From contig NC_087436.1 in assembly GCF_036321535.1 (NCBI RefSeq), positions 12,710,001 to 12,774,000 of the forward strand: a stretch of DNA of 64,000 bases, read 5' to 3'. Below, one piece after another: positions 14,207 through 27,304 of this stretch (position 1 is its first letter; the number at the start of each line of letters is the position of its first letter). The position numbers and the translations under genes were made by a program. Under the pieces are notes generated by a model. That model did not search any database. It worked only from the letters and a program-made list of their open reading frames with translations, and was not told the origin of the DNA. The stretch is from Camelus dromedarius. Lineage: Eukaryota.

Positions 14207-15536
14207 GGAAAAGCAAGATGGGGAGTAGAAGGACGCTTATAGCTCACCCTCTCCCACAAATGCACCAAAACTCACACCTATGGGCCCACTCAGCCAACCA
14301 GAGCACCTGCCGAACTCCGACAGAACATCGCCCTCTTCAAAAGACAAAGACGCCAAAAATCTGGTAGGAGAAAAGGAAAAAAGAAAGAAGAAAAAGCAAA
14401 ACAGTGCAGGACCGGTCCCACAGGGAGGGAGCAGCAAAGGAGGACTGGCACTCTTTTGCTGGGTCTCCCCCCTCCAACGGAGAGGCCAATGGGACGGAGG
14501 GAGAGCCTCTAAGGCTCAGATCTGCCCCGAGCACCCCTTGACCGACAGAACTGAGTTAAATGGGCACAAAGGGTCCCCACGACACCCAGCCCGAGATGCA
14601 AGCTGGTAGCTGGGGGCCAGGACAGGTCGCCTGAGCCGGGCGGAGGACTGGGGTGGCTGCACTGAGGCAGCCCTGGGGGACTGCAGGGTGCTGCGCACCG
14701 TGGCTGGGAGGGGATACGGAGCAGAACAACCTCGGTCCCCCATAAATTGTGAAAAAAGCAAAGCAACATGCCTGATGTGCCCTGGGGGGAGGGGCGCCAT
14801 AGCCTTTGTCTCCTCAGACCTGCAATGCCATTACTGGAGCTTCTTGCGAGAAGAGAGGTGAGGCACAGCCACAGCTGCCATCTCCTCCTGTGCGCAGCGC
14901 CCGGGCCGGGGGGGGGGGGGGCGAGACCTGAATCTGCACCCGGGGGCTCCGCAACCTCCTAGGCAGGACTGAGATTTGTTTACAACCCGAGGCCGATAGG
15001 ATCTTTCTGCTCAGAGAACCTGCGCCACCAAGACAAACAAGGAGCTGAGATTTGGCATGGAGCAGGGGCAGGGCCATTTCATGGTCTTCCCCAAGCCCGC
15101 CTACGGAGCGTCCACCGGAGGCGGAGAGGGCAGCTGCACAGAGCAGCGGAGCGACCTGCACCAGGAGAGGGCAGGCGGCCCCCTGCCTTCCTGGCAGGAA
15201 CGCAGCACCTGACCACAGTGCTGGGAGGGGGCGCGATCAGCCCACCTGCCTCACTGGAGCGCAGCATCTGACTGCGGCATTGGGAGGGGGAGTGACCTGC
15301 CCGCCCACCAGGTAAGAGCTCAGCACCTAACCCAGTGTTGGGAGAGGGTGCGATCTGCTAGCCCACAGCCACTGGGGGCAGCATAGACGAGGGCACCAAC
15401 AGAGGGCCTCTGGAAATAGCAAGCTGAGTACGCAAAACAAGGTGAAGACACAAAGACCTCTCGATAAAATCATTAAGAGCACACAGTCTCCAGAAGTAGA
15501 TAACTGATACTCCTTAAGCCACAGTGCCAGAGAGAT
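14207..15536 (+). promoter_or_regulatory. L1 5' UTR (internal Pol II promoter region)
   Basis: GC/CpG-rich 1.3 kb upstream of ORF1, with a CAAGATGG YY1-like motif at its start. Confidence 0.65.
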
Positions 15537-16436
15537 ATGAGCAATATAAAGAAGCAGAGGAACCACTCCCAATTAAAAGATCAAGAGAAATCCCCTAAAA
15601 GCATGATCAAGGAAATAGGCATTGATGGCCTACTAGATCAAGATTTCAAAAAAGGAGTGATCAAAGTACTGAAGGAACTAAAAGAAATAATGTTTAGAGA
15701 TATAAAATATGTCAAAAATGAAATAGAAGCTATAAAGAAGAACCAAGTAGAATTAGTCAACTCATTTGCTGAGATGAGAGCTGACCTAAAGGCTGTGCAA
15801 AGCAGACTAGATAATGCAGAGGAATGAATAAGTGACCTAGAAGACAGGACAACAGAAAGCACCCAATCAGAACAGCTGAGAGAAAAACAAATGAAAAACA
15901 ACGAAAACAATATAAGGGACCTATGGGATAACATAAAGCGTGCCAATCTACGCATAACAGGGGTTCAAGAAGGGGAAGAAAGAACAAAGGGGATTGAAAA
16001 GATATTTGAAGAAATCATGACTGAAAACTTCCCAAACCTAAACGAATCAGATATCCAAGTACAGGAGGCTCAGAGGGTCCCAAACAGGAAGAACTCAAAC
16101 AGACCCACACTAAGACATATCATAATCAAGATGGCCAGAGTCAAGGATAAAGAAATTATCCTAAAGGCAGCAAGAGAAAAACAAAGAGTGGGTTACAAGG
16201 GAACCCCCATAAGGCTCTCAGCTGATTTCTCTACACAAACACTACAGGCCAGAAGGGAGTGGCAAGATATGTTCAAAGTCCTGAATGAAAAAAGATGCAG
16301 CCTAGGATACTCTATCCAGCAAGGCTATCCTTTAGAATAGAAGGAGAGATAAAGAACTTCATAGACAAGCAAAAACTAAAAAGAGTTTAGCAACACTAAA
16401 CCCATGCTAAAAGAAATATTGACAGGTCTACTCTAA
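15537..16436 (+). pseudogene. L1 ORF1p, disrupted
   Basis: Coiled-coil region, then RDLWDNIKRANLRITGVQEGEE, ENFPNL, PIRLSADFS, ARREW; in-frame TGA at 15825-15827 and a frameshift in an A-run near 16290. Confidence 0.9.
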
Positions 16437-17406
16437 ATAGAGAAGAAGCAGGATGCTACAAAAATGAGAAACTCATAACTGGAAAGAAGATAACTGCCAT
16501 GAATTACAAAAAGAATAAACACAAAATTGTAAAAGAAGACATCTAAATCATTAAGAGTGGGAGAGGGAAGCAAGGAAAGCCACTGTGGAAAACAGTATGG
16601 AGATTCCTCAAAAGACTAGGAATAGACTTACTGTATGTCCCAGGAATCCTGCTCCTGAGCATACATCCAGAAGGAACCTTACTTCAAAATGACACCTGCA
16701 CCCCAATGTTCATAGCAGCACTATTTACAATAGCCAAGACATGGAAACAGCCTAAATGTCCATCAAGAGATGACTGAATAAAGAAGATGTGGTATACTTA
16801 TATGATGGAATACTACTCAGCCACAAAAACCGACAACATAACGCCATTTGCAGCAACATGGATGCCCCTGGAGAATGTCATTCAAAGTGAAGTAAGCCAG
16901 AAAGAGAAAGAAAAATACCATATGAGATAGCTCATATGAGGATTCTAAAAAAAGCCAAAAAAAAAAAAAACCCAAAATAGAAATACAAAACAGAAACAGA
17001 CTCATAGACATAGAATACAAACTTGTGGTTGCTAAGGGGGTGGGGGGTAGGAAGGGACAGACTGGGATTTTAAAATGCAGAATAGACAAACCAGATTATA
17101 CTGTATAGCACAGGGAAATATATACAAGATCTTGTGGTAGCTCATAGCGAAAAAAAAAAAAGTGACAATGAATATATATGTGTTCATGTATAACTGAAAA
17201 ATTGTGCTCTACACTAGAATTTGACACAACATTGTAAAATGACTATTACTCAATAAAAAATGTAAAATGAAAAATAAATAAATAAATAAATAAAACAGCA
17301 AAAAAAAAAAAAATATATATATATATATACAGAACATTAGAGAAAAGATGTTTCCCTAAAGGGTGCTCTTAGCAAAAGACCAATTCATAGAAGTGCATTA
17401 TAATAC

Positions 17407-17910
17407 TGAGACAGGAAGGAAGGGGGCAGGGCACAGTCACTAAAGGAATGACACAGCAATGAGCACCAAGATGGCAGAGAAGTCAACTCCCAATAGACCT
17501 TGAGGCCCAAGATGCCAGGAGAGTCAACCTCCAGTGGACTTTGATTTTCATTAAACACATTATAATGTACTCGCATGGTTAATGACATACCCACGGGCGC
17601 CATGACAGTTCAGAGGCTAACCATGAAAGGTTGAAGAGAGGGCAGTGGTCCAATTCCTGGGAATCCCCACTTCTTTTCCAAAGTAATTGGAGTAATCCTC
17701 CCACTTGTTAGATATAAAAATCAACAACCCCTCACCTCATGGTCACTCTCTCTTTCTTGCCTTCTGAGACGGTCCGCACTCTATGTATCTACTTTTAATT
17801 TAACACCTCCCCCACACACACACACACCTCATGGCCTCTCTGGCCTTTGGAGATGGCCTACACTTGGTGTATATAGTGTACATCTTTCTCAATACATCTA
17901 CTTTTACTCA
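17407..17910 (+). mobile_element. ERV LTR, 3'-truncated, same family as 1500-2426
   Basis: Starts TG; aligns by eye to both the host LTR and the insert at 1.5-2.4 kb. Confidence 0.8.
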
Positions 17911-18377
17911 CCAGTCCCCTGACAGCATGGTTCCAATTTCAGTTACCAAGATATATCAACTGGATGTAATTGCAAGATTATCATTCAGTTCATGCACACA
18001 CCCAAAGTGTGCAGTTGTGTTGCCTCCCTGTCTCTCAGTGACAAATCCACAGGGCATTTTATAAAAATAGATCACCGAGAGAGAGAACTGGCCAAGAAAG
18101 ATGAAAGTGTAGCAAAGAAAGGACGTATGATACCAGGGCAAGTAAAATTCGGATCAGTTGTAAAGGAATTATAGAAGAAAGAGCTGACAGGAGGAATGCT
18201 GACACTGTCAGTACTTGAAAGAGCAGATGTGCAGCCAGAGAAAATTGGTAAAGGCAAACTTATCAACATCAGTGAAGAAGTGATTGTGATTAAAAGGATG
18301 AAGATATCCCAGAGGAAATGATGCCTGCTGAAAGAAAACCTTCACCCTAAAGGAATTCTTGGAGCTACGTCACAACA
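17911..18377. mobile_element. Tigger-family (TcMar) DNA transposon remnant
   Basis: gatgtgcagccagag...aaaggatgaagatatcccagaggaa...cttcaccctaaaggaa resembles the Tigger consensus as I recall it. Confidence 0.65.
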
Positions 18378-18470
18378 TTCTTTCACTACAGACCTTTGTC
18401 TCCAATCAGAATTCTTTTCTTTCGAGTATGACAAGAACTGGAGTCTTTTCCTTCCCCCTTTGGGGAGACA
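18378..18470 (+). mobile_element. Isolated 3' end of an LTR of the 7165-7767 family
   Basis: ctttgtctccaatcagaattc...gtatgacaagaactggagtcttttcc...ttggggagaca matches 7676-7767. Confidence 0.8.
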
Positions 18471-18646
18471 TTACCACGCCCTGACCTCAGGTAAACCACA
18501 CTAGTACTTCCTGCCATGGTGTGCTACATACTTGTCATATCATCTTCATAGACACACAAAAACACACTGGGAGACAGAATAGATAATGAAAAATGGAGAG
18601 AATAACTGCTTTGGCAGAAAATACCAGATAGAGAAAATGAACGTAC

Positions 18647-18757
18647 TTTCGAGTCATCAGCTATTGTGGGTAAGTTTGGTGGAGCCAATGTGTCCAGGCT
18701 AAAGGTGAGATCTTCCTGAAAGGTTTCAACATGTTCTCCATTAATATAGATATTAAC
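18647..18757 (-). pseudogene. AtuA-like exon F (111 nt, phase 0 to 0)
   Basis: Acceptor atttttcag, donor AAA|gtacgt; open frame VNIYINGEHVETFQEDLTFSLDTLAPPNLPTIADDSK, fitting the linker after the FFFLYP motif. Confidence 0.75.
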
Positions 18758-21059
18758 CTGAAAAATATTACTTTTAAGCCAGGAAATGGTGAGGGGGGTG
18801 AGATTTTATGAGCAAGTACTTCTCTTCTAGCTTAGCTGGAAGACAAATTGGTCAATTCTTTACCCTCACATTAGAAGTTCTATTTTTGAAGATTTTATGG
18901 AACTACCTGGAGCATACTGCTTTGCCACTCTATTTAGTGCAAAAAAACAAAACCAAACAAACAAAAAACATAACCTGCTTCCAACTTCTCTTTTCTTCTG
19001 CTCTGGCAAGCATTCCTCTCTCAGGAGTACCTTCCTCTGCTTGCTGTTGATGAAGAGAGAGTGACAATGAACTCTAGCTGCTAGTCTGGGGCAAACTAAG
19101 TCGAAGAGCACCAACAAGTGTGGACCTGCGACTGACACTGGAATCAAAGACTCTTTGTTTCTTGAGAATTGATGACTGGTGGCTGCGTCACCAGCACAGC
19201 TCCCTGGAAAAGCATTTCCAGCTTCCTTACGCCGTCCTCCAACAATTGAATCAGATCTGAGGCATACCTGTTCTCAGGTGCCAGGGCCTCACGATGGAGC
19301 TTTTTGTGTCAAAAACAACATCTGCTTCATTTTTTTATCAGGTGTGTTGAGCCTGGCTCATACACCAATGCACAGTCAACTCACATGGTGGCAGGGAACC
19401 TAGAATAGCATGTTTTTTTTGAACTGACTGCATTCGTTTATATGGTTATATGTGGGTGGAACCATATCTCCTTTTTCTTTGTGTCCTAATGCTTAGACAG
19501 CCAGTGCCTGCAATATAGAAACACTCAGTAACTGTTGTGCCAAACATAAGAGTTTTATTTACTTGATTTGCAAAGCAGTTACTCTTGACCTTTTTCATGA
19601 CCAGTGCAAGTGCTGTGAGAACTGGAACCAAGCTGCACAGAGTAGGCAGGCAATAAATACCAAGACGCTCCATCTACACAGATGGCAACACAGATGGCAT
19701 CTTCACTCTCATCCCATCCTGTCCAGCCTGATTAAAATTACTGCTTAGTTCTCCTTCCTTAAGGTTACCAAGGTGAAAGTAACTAATTAACTGTGCCGCT
19801 GTCATTTTAATGTACAGACAATTCACGACTTGTTCATGCTTCTCACCATTGCAAGCTCTGGGCAAAACTGAGCTCTCCTGAAATAATAGGTTTCACTTAT
19901 TTTACAAGGTGATCAGGCAAAAATGGATGCAGCCATACTGAGTGCTATCACCAGGTACTTACCTACGGATTCTCATTCAGGATATGCTTCTTCCAAATGT
20001 TAAGAAATATGCAGAAGCAGAGGCATTGACTATTTACTCTGATAAACTATCTTTCAAGTGTTGCCAGATCTCCATCTTTGATACCTATGAATTAGTTTAT
20101 AATCCATTGCCCTATTGTTTTTGACTTCACAGTGGCTGATGAGAAGATTAAGAGCCTCGATCTTTTCATTAACAGGTGAAGAGGAGGCTTCTTTAAAGCA
20201 AATGATTAAAGTAAGTTGTAAATCCCTTTAAAAAATTAGCTTTATACTCATGCCATACATCGACTCATGTCAATTTGTTATGGCCCAAATTTCTAATAAC
20301 TGCATAAAAAAATCTGCAGATGACATTGGCTGGTGATGCCATGCACTCCTTTTCCATCATGGAACATTTCCATCATTTTCTATGGTCAATGAGATTGGAT
20401 CATCTTGATGATGATCTAGTTTCTGTGATATTACAGATAACTGAAAACTTGGCAGCCATATTGCCAAAAGTCAAGCTGCCAAGAATCCTGCCAATGAATT
20501 CATTAATGAAAAAGATTATATTCTGTTATTGTACTTTCTCAAACTCTAAGCAATTTGCTTTTCACAACAGAGGGCAATTCAGGAAGGTGACGGTTATAAT
20601 CCATCACTTAGTGGATTATAAAGGCAAATCCAGAAACTCCTACACAGGGTGTATTTTCTATGGCCTTTGACAAAGATGGAGTAATTCTAAGAAGCTTGTT
20701 TTTGAGAAGAGCAGAAGTCTCACATACTTCCATTTGGAGTTTAAGGAGAAAATAGAAAGGGGAAAGAAACTGTTTTAAGAGATAGTGGCTTACAAGTTTT
20801 CAGAATGATTGAAAAAACAAGTTCTCTGATACAAGAACCAAATGAATCCCAAACAAGGTAAGAAGGAATGGATAGCTACACAACAGGGTGAAACTGGAGA
20901 AGACCAAAGACAAAGAGAAGCCAGGAAAGAGAAGATGCCTTATCACTCAAGGACTGCCAAACTGACAGCTGATTTTTCAGGAGCTATAGTGGAATAATCA
21001 AGTGCTACAACATTCAGCCTACAAATATTCCTAGTAAAATTATCACTCAAACAAATATA

Positions 21060-21870
21060 GACTCATTTTTTAAGCCTTCATTTTTTAGGAGAGTTTTAGG
21101 TTCACAGCAAAATTGAGTAACACATACAGGGAGGTTCCATTTACCCTTTACCCTCCCACATACACAGCCTTCCCCACTATCAGCATCATCCACCAGACTT
21201 GTATCATTATTACCAAGGATGAACATCATCACCCAGTAGTTTACATTAGGGTTCTCTCTTGGTCTCATACATTCTATGAGTTTGGACATATGTCTTATGA
21301 CATGTATATATCATTATAGTATCATACAGAGTATTTTTACTGCCCTAAAAATCCTGTGTTTCACCTATTCATTCTTCCCTTCTCCCTAACCCTGGCAACC
21401 AGTGATCTTTTTACTGTCCTTATAGTTTCAACTTCTCCAAAATGGCATATAGTTGTAATTATACAGTATGCAGCTTTTACAGATTGGCTCATTTCATTTG
21501 GTAATATGCATTTAAGATTCCTCCATGTCTTTTCATGGCTTGACTGGTAATAATATTCCATTGTCTGATATACCACAGTTTATTTATCTGTTCACCTATT
21601 GATGGATATCTTGGTTGCTTCCAGGTCTTGGCAGTTATGAATAAAGCTGCCATAAACAACTGTGTGCAGGATTTTGTGTGGACATATGCTTTCAATTCAT
21701 TTGTGTAACTATCAAGGAACATGATTGTTGGATCGTATGGTAATAGTATGTTTGGTTTTGTAACAAACTGCCAAACTATCTTCCAAAGTAGGTGTACCTT
21801 TGTGCATTCTCACCAACAATAAATGAGAGTTCCTGTTGTTCTACGTCCTCACCAGCATTCAGTAATGTCA
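21060..21870 (-). mobile_element. Old L1 3' region, minus strand
   Basis: Minus-strand peptide FMAALFITAKTWKQPRYPS plus L1 3' UTR-like sequence. Confidence 0.85.
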
Positions 21871-23890
21871 ATTAAACATTCAGTTAACCCAAAAGAATAC
21901 AAAAAAAGAAAAGACAAAAAAAAAAAAAACAACCAAAACCCAGAAAGGGTGCAACAAATAGCCAAAATATGATGGAAATACATCAGACTATATTGGCAAA
22001 CACAATATGTGTAAACTGACTACTGCAATTAAAAGACAAATGTTACCACTTGGAATCAAACAAACATACAAATTCAGTTGTTTACAATAATCCCATTTAA
22101 AGCTTAATGACATAAAAGCAAAAGCATTTAAAAATTTTACTAAATATATACTAATAAAAGTTAGATAATGTAGATATATTAATTTTGACAAAATATACTT
22201 AGCAAAAGAAAAGCATTAATAGATACAGAAAAGGATTTTTTTTAAAAAAAAAGAAAGAAAAATCATTTCTACATAATGAAAAATGTTAAATTCGTAAGTT
22301 TGAAACTTGTATGTATTTCATAACATAACTTCAAAATCTATAAAGAAAAAACTGAAATAACTACTATGAGAAACTGAAAAATCTACCGCTGTGGTATAAG
22401 ATTGTAATACAGTCTTAATACAACACAATACAATAGGTCAAATAGCCAAAAAAAAAAAAAAAAAAAGTCAGAACATGGAAGACCTAGACAATGCATCAGC
22501 AAGCCTGAATTAATGGCTACATGTGTATATATGTATGTATGTGTATATAATAAATACTATATATATACATACATACAATTTTGCACCTACCAATTAGGGA
22601 AATATGTATTATTTTTAAGCATACAAGAAATATCTAGGAAACGAAACACATACTAAGGCTTAAGACAAATCTCAACAAATTTCAAAAAATTCAATATCTA
22701 TTGTGTCATTATTTTACCATAACAAAATAAGGTTGGAAACCAATAACAAAATAATACATAAAAAAGTACATTTAGAAATTTAAAACTACACATCTCATGA
22801 GTAAAAAGGAACAAACAGAATTTAGAAAATAATAATGAAAACTGCAGAGATAATTAAAAAATTTTATTAGAATGCATGAAAAAAATTCAAGTTGGACTAA
22901 GAACATAAATACGAAAGGCAAAACTTTAAAAATTTTAGAAGGAAATATAGGGGAATAAATGACCTCAAAATAAGTAAGAGTTTTGTTAAAAAGACACCTA
23001 GAGCAAATCATAAAGAAAAACTTTGATGAAATGAACTACATTAAAATGAATAATTCTGTTCATCAATAAATCCCATAAAGTCATAACCTGGGAAGAAATT
23101 ATATGTGATGTATATACCTAGCAAAGGATTAGTTTCCAGGCTCTATGGAAGTCAAAAAAGAACTCAAAGAACTCAGATCTGTAAGAAAAAGACAGACAAC
23201 CCAAGAGAAAAAAATGGGTGAATGATGCAAATGGTTATTTCCCAGGAGGGCAACAGGACTGGGTATAAACATATGGGAAATGCACATTAAAACGACATGA
23301 AATACTACTTTGCATCAATCACACTGGCAATAATTAAAAGTTGGATAATGCCAAGTGTTGGGCAAACTTTCACTCATATATTGCAGGGTGAGTGTAAATT
23401 AATACCATGGAAAACAAGTTGGCATTAGCCAATAAAGCTGCACATATCCAATGACTCAAGACGTTGACTTCAAGGTAAATACCTAGAGAAACTTCTGTTC
23501 ACTAGTACCGGGAGATATGCAGTGCTGTTCCAAGCAGCTTTGTTCGTTAAGAGCAAAGTGGACAAACAAGTAAACGAAAACCTGTAAGAGTTGCTGTGTT
23601 CTTCTACAACAAAAATAAGTTTATAAACTATAGCATATCCGTAAAATAGAATGTTCTAGAGTTATGAAAAATGAATGAATAATCGCTACTTGCCTCAACA
23701 CTGATAAACCTCAGAAGACAAATTTGAGGGAGAAAAACAAGTTACAGAAGAAAACAAACAGCTCGAGTCCACGTGAAGTTCAAAATTACACAAAAGTAAA
23801 CAATAGATTGTTTAGAAATATGTACATAAGTGGCAAAACTATATGCACAAGCAAGAAAACAATAAACATGAAATTCAAGTACATTACTAG
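21871..23890 (+). mobile_element. Highly diverged ancient L1 fragments
   Basis: A-rich sequence with degraded ORF2 landmarks (caaatctcaacaaatttcaaa, ttttagaaggaaatatagg, gataatgccaagtgttgg); probably continues from ORF1-like fragments at about 20720-21050. Confidence 0.65.
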
Positions 23891-26841
23891 CAATCTGAGA
23901 GGAAAGACTGTAACTTACACTTCTGTCTACCTGCCTCTCTCACCACCTCTACCACATAGACATAGTTTAGCAGGGAACGCAGAGCCTCGCAGACTGCACA
24001 CGGAAAACAGCATCAGATAAGCTGGTTTGTGTTGAATTTCACTGCGTTTTCTTCTGCTTTACTCTCTGACTTCACAAAATATTTTGTTTTCCAAAGAGTC
24101 AGACTGTAGTAGAAGGAAAGGACTGACAATTCTCCAGTTTCTTTTCTCTACCCTTGTGTAGGACTCTTCGGGCTACCAACCTTCCAGCTATTTTAGCTGC
24201 ACTAAGAACAGCTACCTTGAAGAGTTAGCAGCATCTTTTCAAAACACCCCCTCTGAATCTTTGAGATGAAAAAAACAAATCATTTAATTTTTCAAATGGC
24301 CTGCTGGAGACTCTCATCGGACGGATCCACTCTGAATTTGGATTAAACCACCCATAACCACATTCATGATGAGTATAAACTTTTTGCCGTAAGCTTCATT
24401 TCAGTAGCTGAATTTCCAAATAAAATCTGAATCACATTTGAAAGAACCTATTTTGTATGAACCAGAGTTTCTAAATGTAATTATGAGATGCAGACTTCCA
24501 ATTACGAGTCCGTGGTCCAGTTTATAATTATGCTGTAAATTTCCTTTTGTATAAATCCATATTTTCCTCATGTCTACACTTCTTAGAGCCACAATTTTCA
24601 TGAAAAAAAGTAGCTTCGTAAGATGAGGAAGTTGGTTTCTCAGTACTTTATAGCATTAGTATTTTATGCAGACTTTTTAGGCCTTAATTCTAAGAAAATA
24701 AATGAAACTTAATATGAGCCAAGCAAAATACGCTTCTTTCTTGGATTATAATGCCTTCTTACATCCTTGGGCTCTTGATTTTTAAGATAGTTAGGATCTG
24801 GTAGGTAACAAAAAGAAAAAATGAAAAAAGGAGAATTTCTCCCAACAGGTAGTCATGAACCCCAAATAAACTGGCCTGCAATAAAGCTTACTGATGCCAG
24901 AGAAAAAAAGAGAACTACTTTTTTTTTCAAGATTGCATGTTTTAGTGTCTTTTCTGCCACTCTAGTCAGAATGTGTATAAGTTCTCAGAAAGATGCAAAT
25001 TAATTCCTTTATGTAATTGAGCACTTGTAGTTAATAATTAATGTAACCATCTAGTTTAAAAGTCTACCGCACCCACTTCTAGAAAGGCCCGAGGCAGTTT
25101 ACATATTAACACACAGTTCAAAGGCACACTATTACGTTTAAGTACTAAATGAAATAGATTCTAGAAAACATAAAGGAGTTGATGCTATCAAGGACCAGTC
25201 CTGTTCCGCCTCTTTTGAATGGCTCCCCGCCCCAGACACTACCTCCTCCCTGCACTCTGAAGTGGAGGCTGTTTGTTCTCAAATCTTCCGCGTAACCACA
25301 GGGACTGGCCGGGTCCGTCCGGCAGAACCAGCAGGACAGGGACATGGGCCAGGGTGTGCACTTTGGAGCCTAATTGCCTGGACTGGGACTATGACTAGGT
25401 ACCTTGAGCAAATCATTAAATATCTCAGAGCCTCAGTTTCCTCCTTTGTAAAATGGGGGGTAATAATAGGACTTACGCCATAGGTGAGAATTGAATAAGT
25501 TTAGCTCATGTAAAGTACTTGGAACAGAACCCGGCACACAGTACACGCTAAATACTGCTGGCATGCGCCCACTCGATATTCCTCCGATCTCCTGTGAAAA
25601 TCCTTCTTTGAAACTTGGGCCTCTCACGTGTACTATCCTCCAGCCCTTCTTAGTGCTCTTGTGTGCATCAGAGATTTGGGAACATGGCTTATGATTTTCC
25701 TCTCCATCCAAAGTCTCCCTCTTTAAGGCTCACATGAACGACCCTTCCGATACCTAGCACCTTGGCTTCTTCAGCTCCCATGACCTGCATCTCAACACAG
25801 AGATCAGCAACTCATCCCTTCCACCTGTAAAATCTTAAACCGTCCGGTTCAGCTTTCTTCCCACAAGCTCCTATTCTCCTCACCACTCCAATTATACCCG
25901 CGTATCCATGTGAATTGTGTCTCAGGCCCTATTCTTTACTGCACACATTAGACCTTCTGCTTTTGCTTCCTTTCCCACCTCGCTCTGGTTCAACAACTCC
26001 AACCTGGCTCTTTAAACAGTACCTCCAACTTCTTGCTCCTCTTGCTCCTTTGTCCTTCTGCAGTACTTACCCACATGTGGATCAATCCAGTCCTCTGTGC
26101 TCCTAAAGTCACACGAGGTAAGTCGTTCAGCCTTGTGCACCGGAGCTTCTAATTCATGGTCTCCGTCCTTCCGAGCCCCCAGAACACAGCCTGGGAGTCT
26201 CCCCCATACCCCTCTCCAGCCCTGCTTTTCTTTGCCGACTTCCTACCACTATTCTCTCACCCCTCATATCCAGTCAACAAGCTCCATCTAAACTATGTCA
26301 TAAATATCTCTTGAATCTAACAGCCTCACTTTATTCCTTCTCTCCTTCTCATCCCTTCTCATGATCGCTAACCATCTCCTTCCCCTCCAAAATATCCTCC
26401 TTCCTGCTGCCATCAAGGGGCATCATGGTCTGTACATCCTTCATATCCTTCAGTAACTCCCACTGCCTGCATAGCTTGACCCCAAGGCCCCTGTTCAGCC
26501 CTCCCGACTCCTTTCCCGATTCTTCTGACCCGAATCTTACACACTCAATTACTTGTGCTTCCTCGATTGTGCCCTAGTCTCTCAGACCCTCATGCACTTT
26601 CCATCTATATCTGCTGGTTCTGCATCCATGCATTCAACCAGCCATGGATTGTTCAGTACAGTAGTATTTACTATAGAATCTGCATGTAAGTGGATCTGTG
26701 CAGTTCAAACTCTGGTTTTTCAAGGGTCAAGAGTAGTTCGGGAGACTTATCAAGACTAACCTCTCTCTAAACCATCCATACCACGCATGCTTGAAAGTAT
26801 AATTAAGATGCTATCAAAGCAGATTAATGAGTCTCTCTTAC

Positions 26842-26894
26842 CTTAAACTTTTTGGGGGGGATAAAGGAAGAAAAATGGTTTTAGAACAGGAGAC
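26842..26894 (-). pseudogene. AtuA-like exon E (damaged acceptor, +1 frameshift)
   Basis: SPVLKPFFFLYPP followed by donor AAG|gtaaga; a C7 run (26854-26860) shifts the frame into TAA; the phase-2 acceptor reads ttctaa rather than ttctag. Confidence 0.85.
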
Positions 26895-27090
26895 TTAGAA
26901 ATATAATGCAAAAGAAGTGACAAAAAACATTAGGCTTACAAATCTGGGGGCCCAGAAAAGAGGGAAGGGGTTTCCACAGACCTCTGCTCACTTATCATGC
27001 CCTTCTCACCTCTATCTAGTTATATGTTGACATATACACTGATCTGTTTCTTGTTTAACTGAGATTCCTTCATTACAAAGTGTCTTTGTT

Positions 27091-27304
27091 GGGGAGGGTA
27101 CAGGTCAATGGTGGAGCACATGCTTAGCATGCACAAGGTCATGGGTTTGATCCCCAGTACCTCCACTAAATAAATAAAATAATAATAATAATTAAAAAAT
27201 AATAATAATAATAACAATAACAATAACAATAATAATAATAAACCTAATTACCTCCTCCAAAAAACCAAACAAACCAAAACCAAAACCAAAACCAACCAAC
27301 AAAC
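27091..27304 (+). mobile_element. tRNA-derived SINE with (AAT)n-expanded tail
   Basis: GGGGAGGGTA head, B box, CCTAATTACCTCC motif; TSD AAGTGTCT. Confidence 0.85.

Larger units (their letters stand above)
14207..17330 (+). mobile_element. LINE-1 with 5' UTR, ORF1 and 3' UTR but lacking nearly all of ORF2
   Basis: CpG-rich 5' UTR, ORF1 from 15537, jump at 16579/16580 into the ORF2 C-terminal [10 protein letters not shown] region, 3' UTR, A/AT tail; TSD AGAACATTAGAG at 14195-14206 and 17331-17342. Confidence 0.93.

Noticed and set aside
19223..19277. Minus-strand SIVGGR-like sequence with a nearby gtaagg
   Set aside because: The true VGGRP exon is at 34703-34742; this one is out of order and out of frame.
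700..24600. Scattered plus-strand exon-like segments (about 1120-1248, 3149-3260, 20133-20210, ORF 20320-20670, 24162-24388) suggesting a second, ABCA-like pseudogene
   Set aside because: No diagnostic motif, several stops and no consistent phase chain. Two similar candidates (near 12850 and 18620) turned out to overlap the antisense of AtuA-like exons. Would need blastx support.
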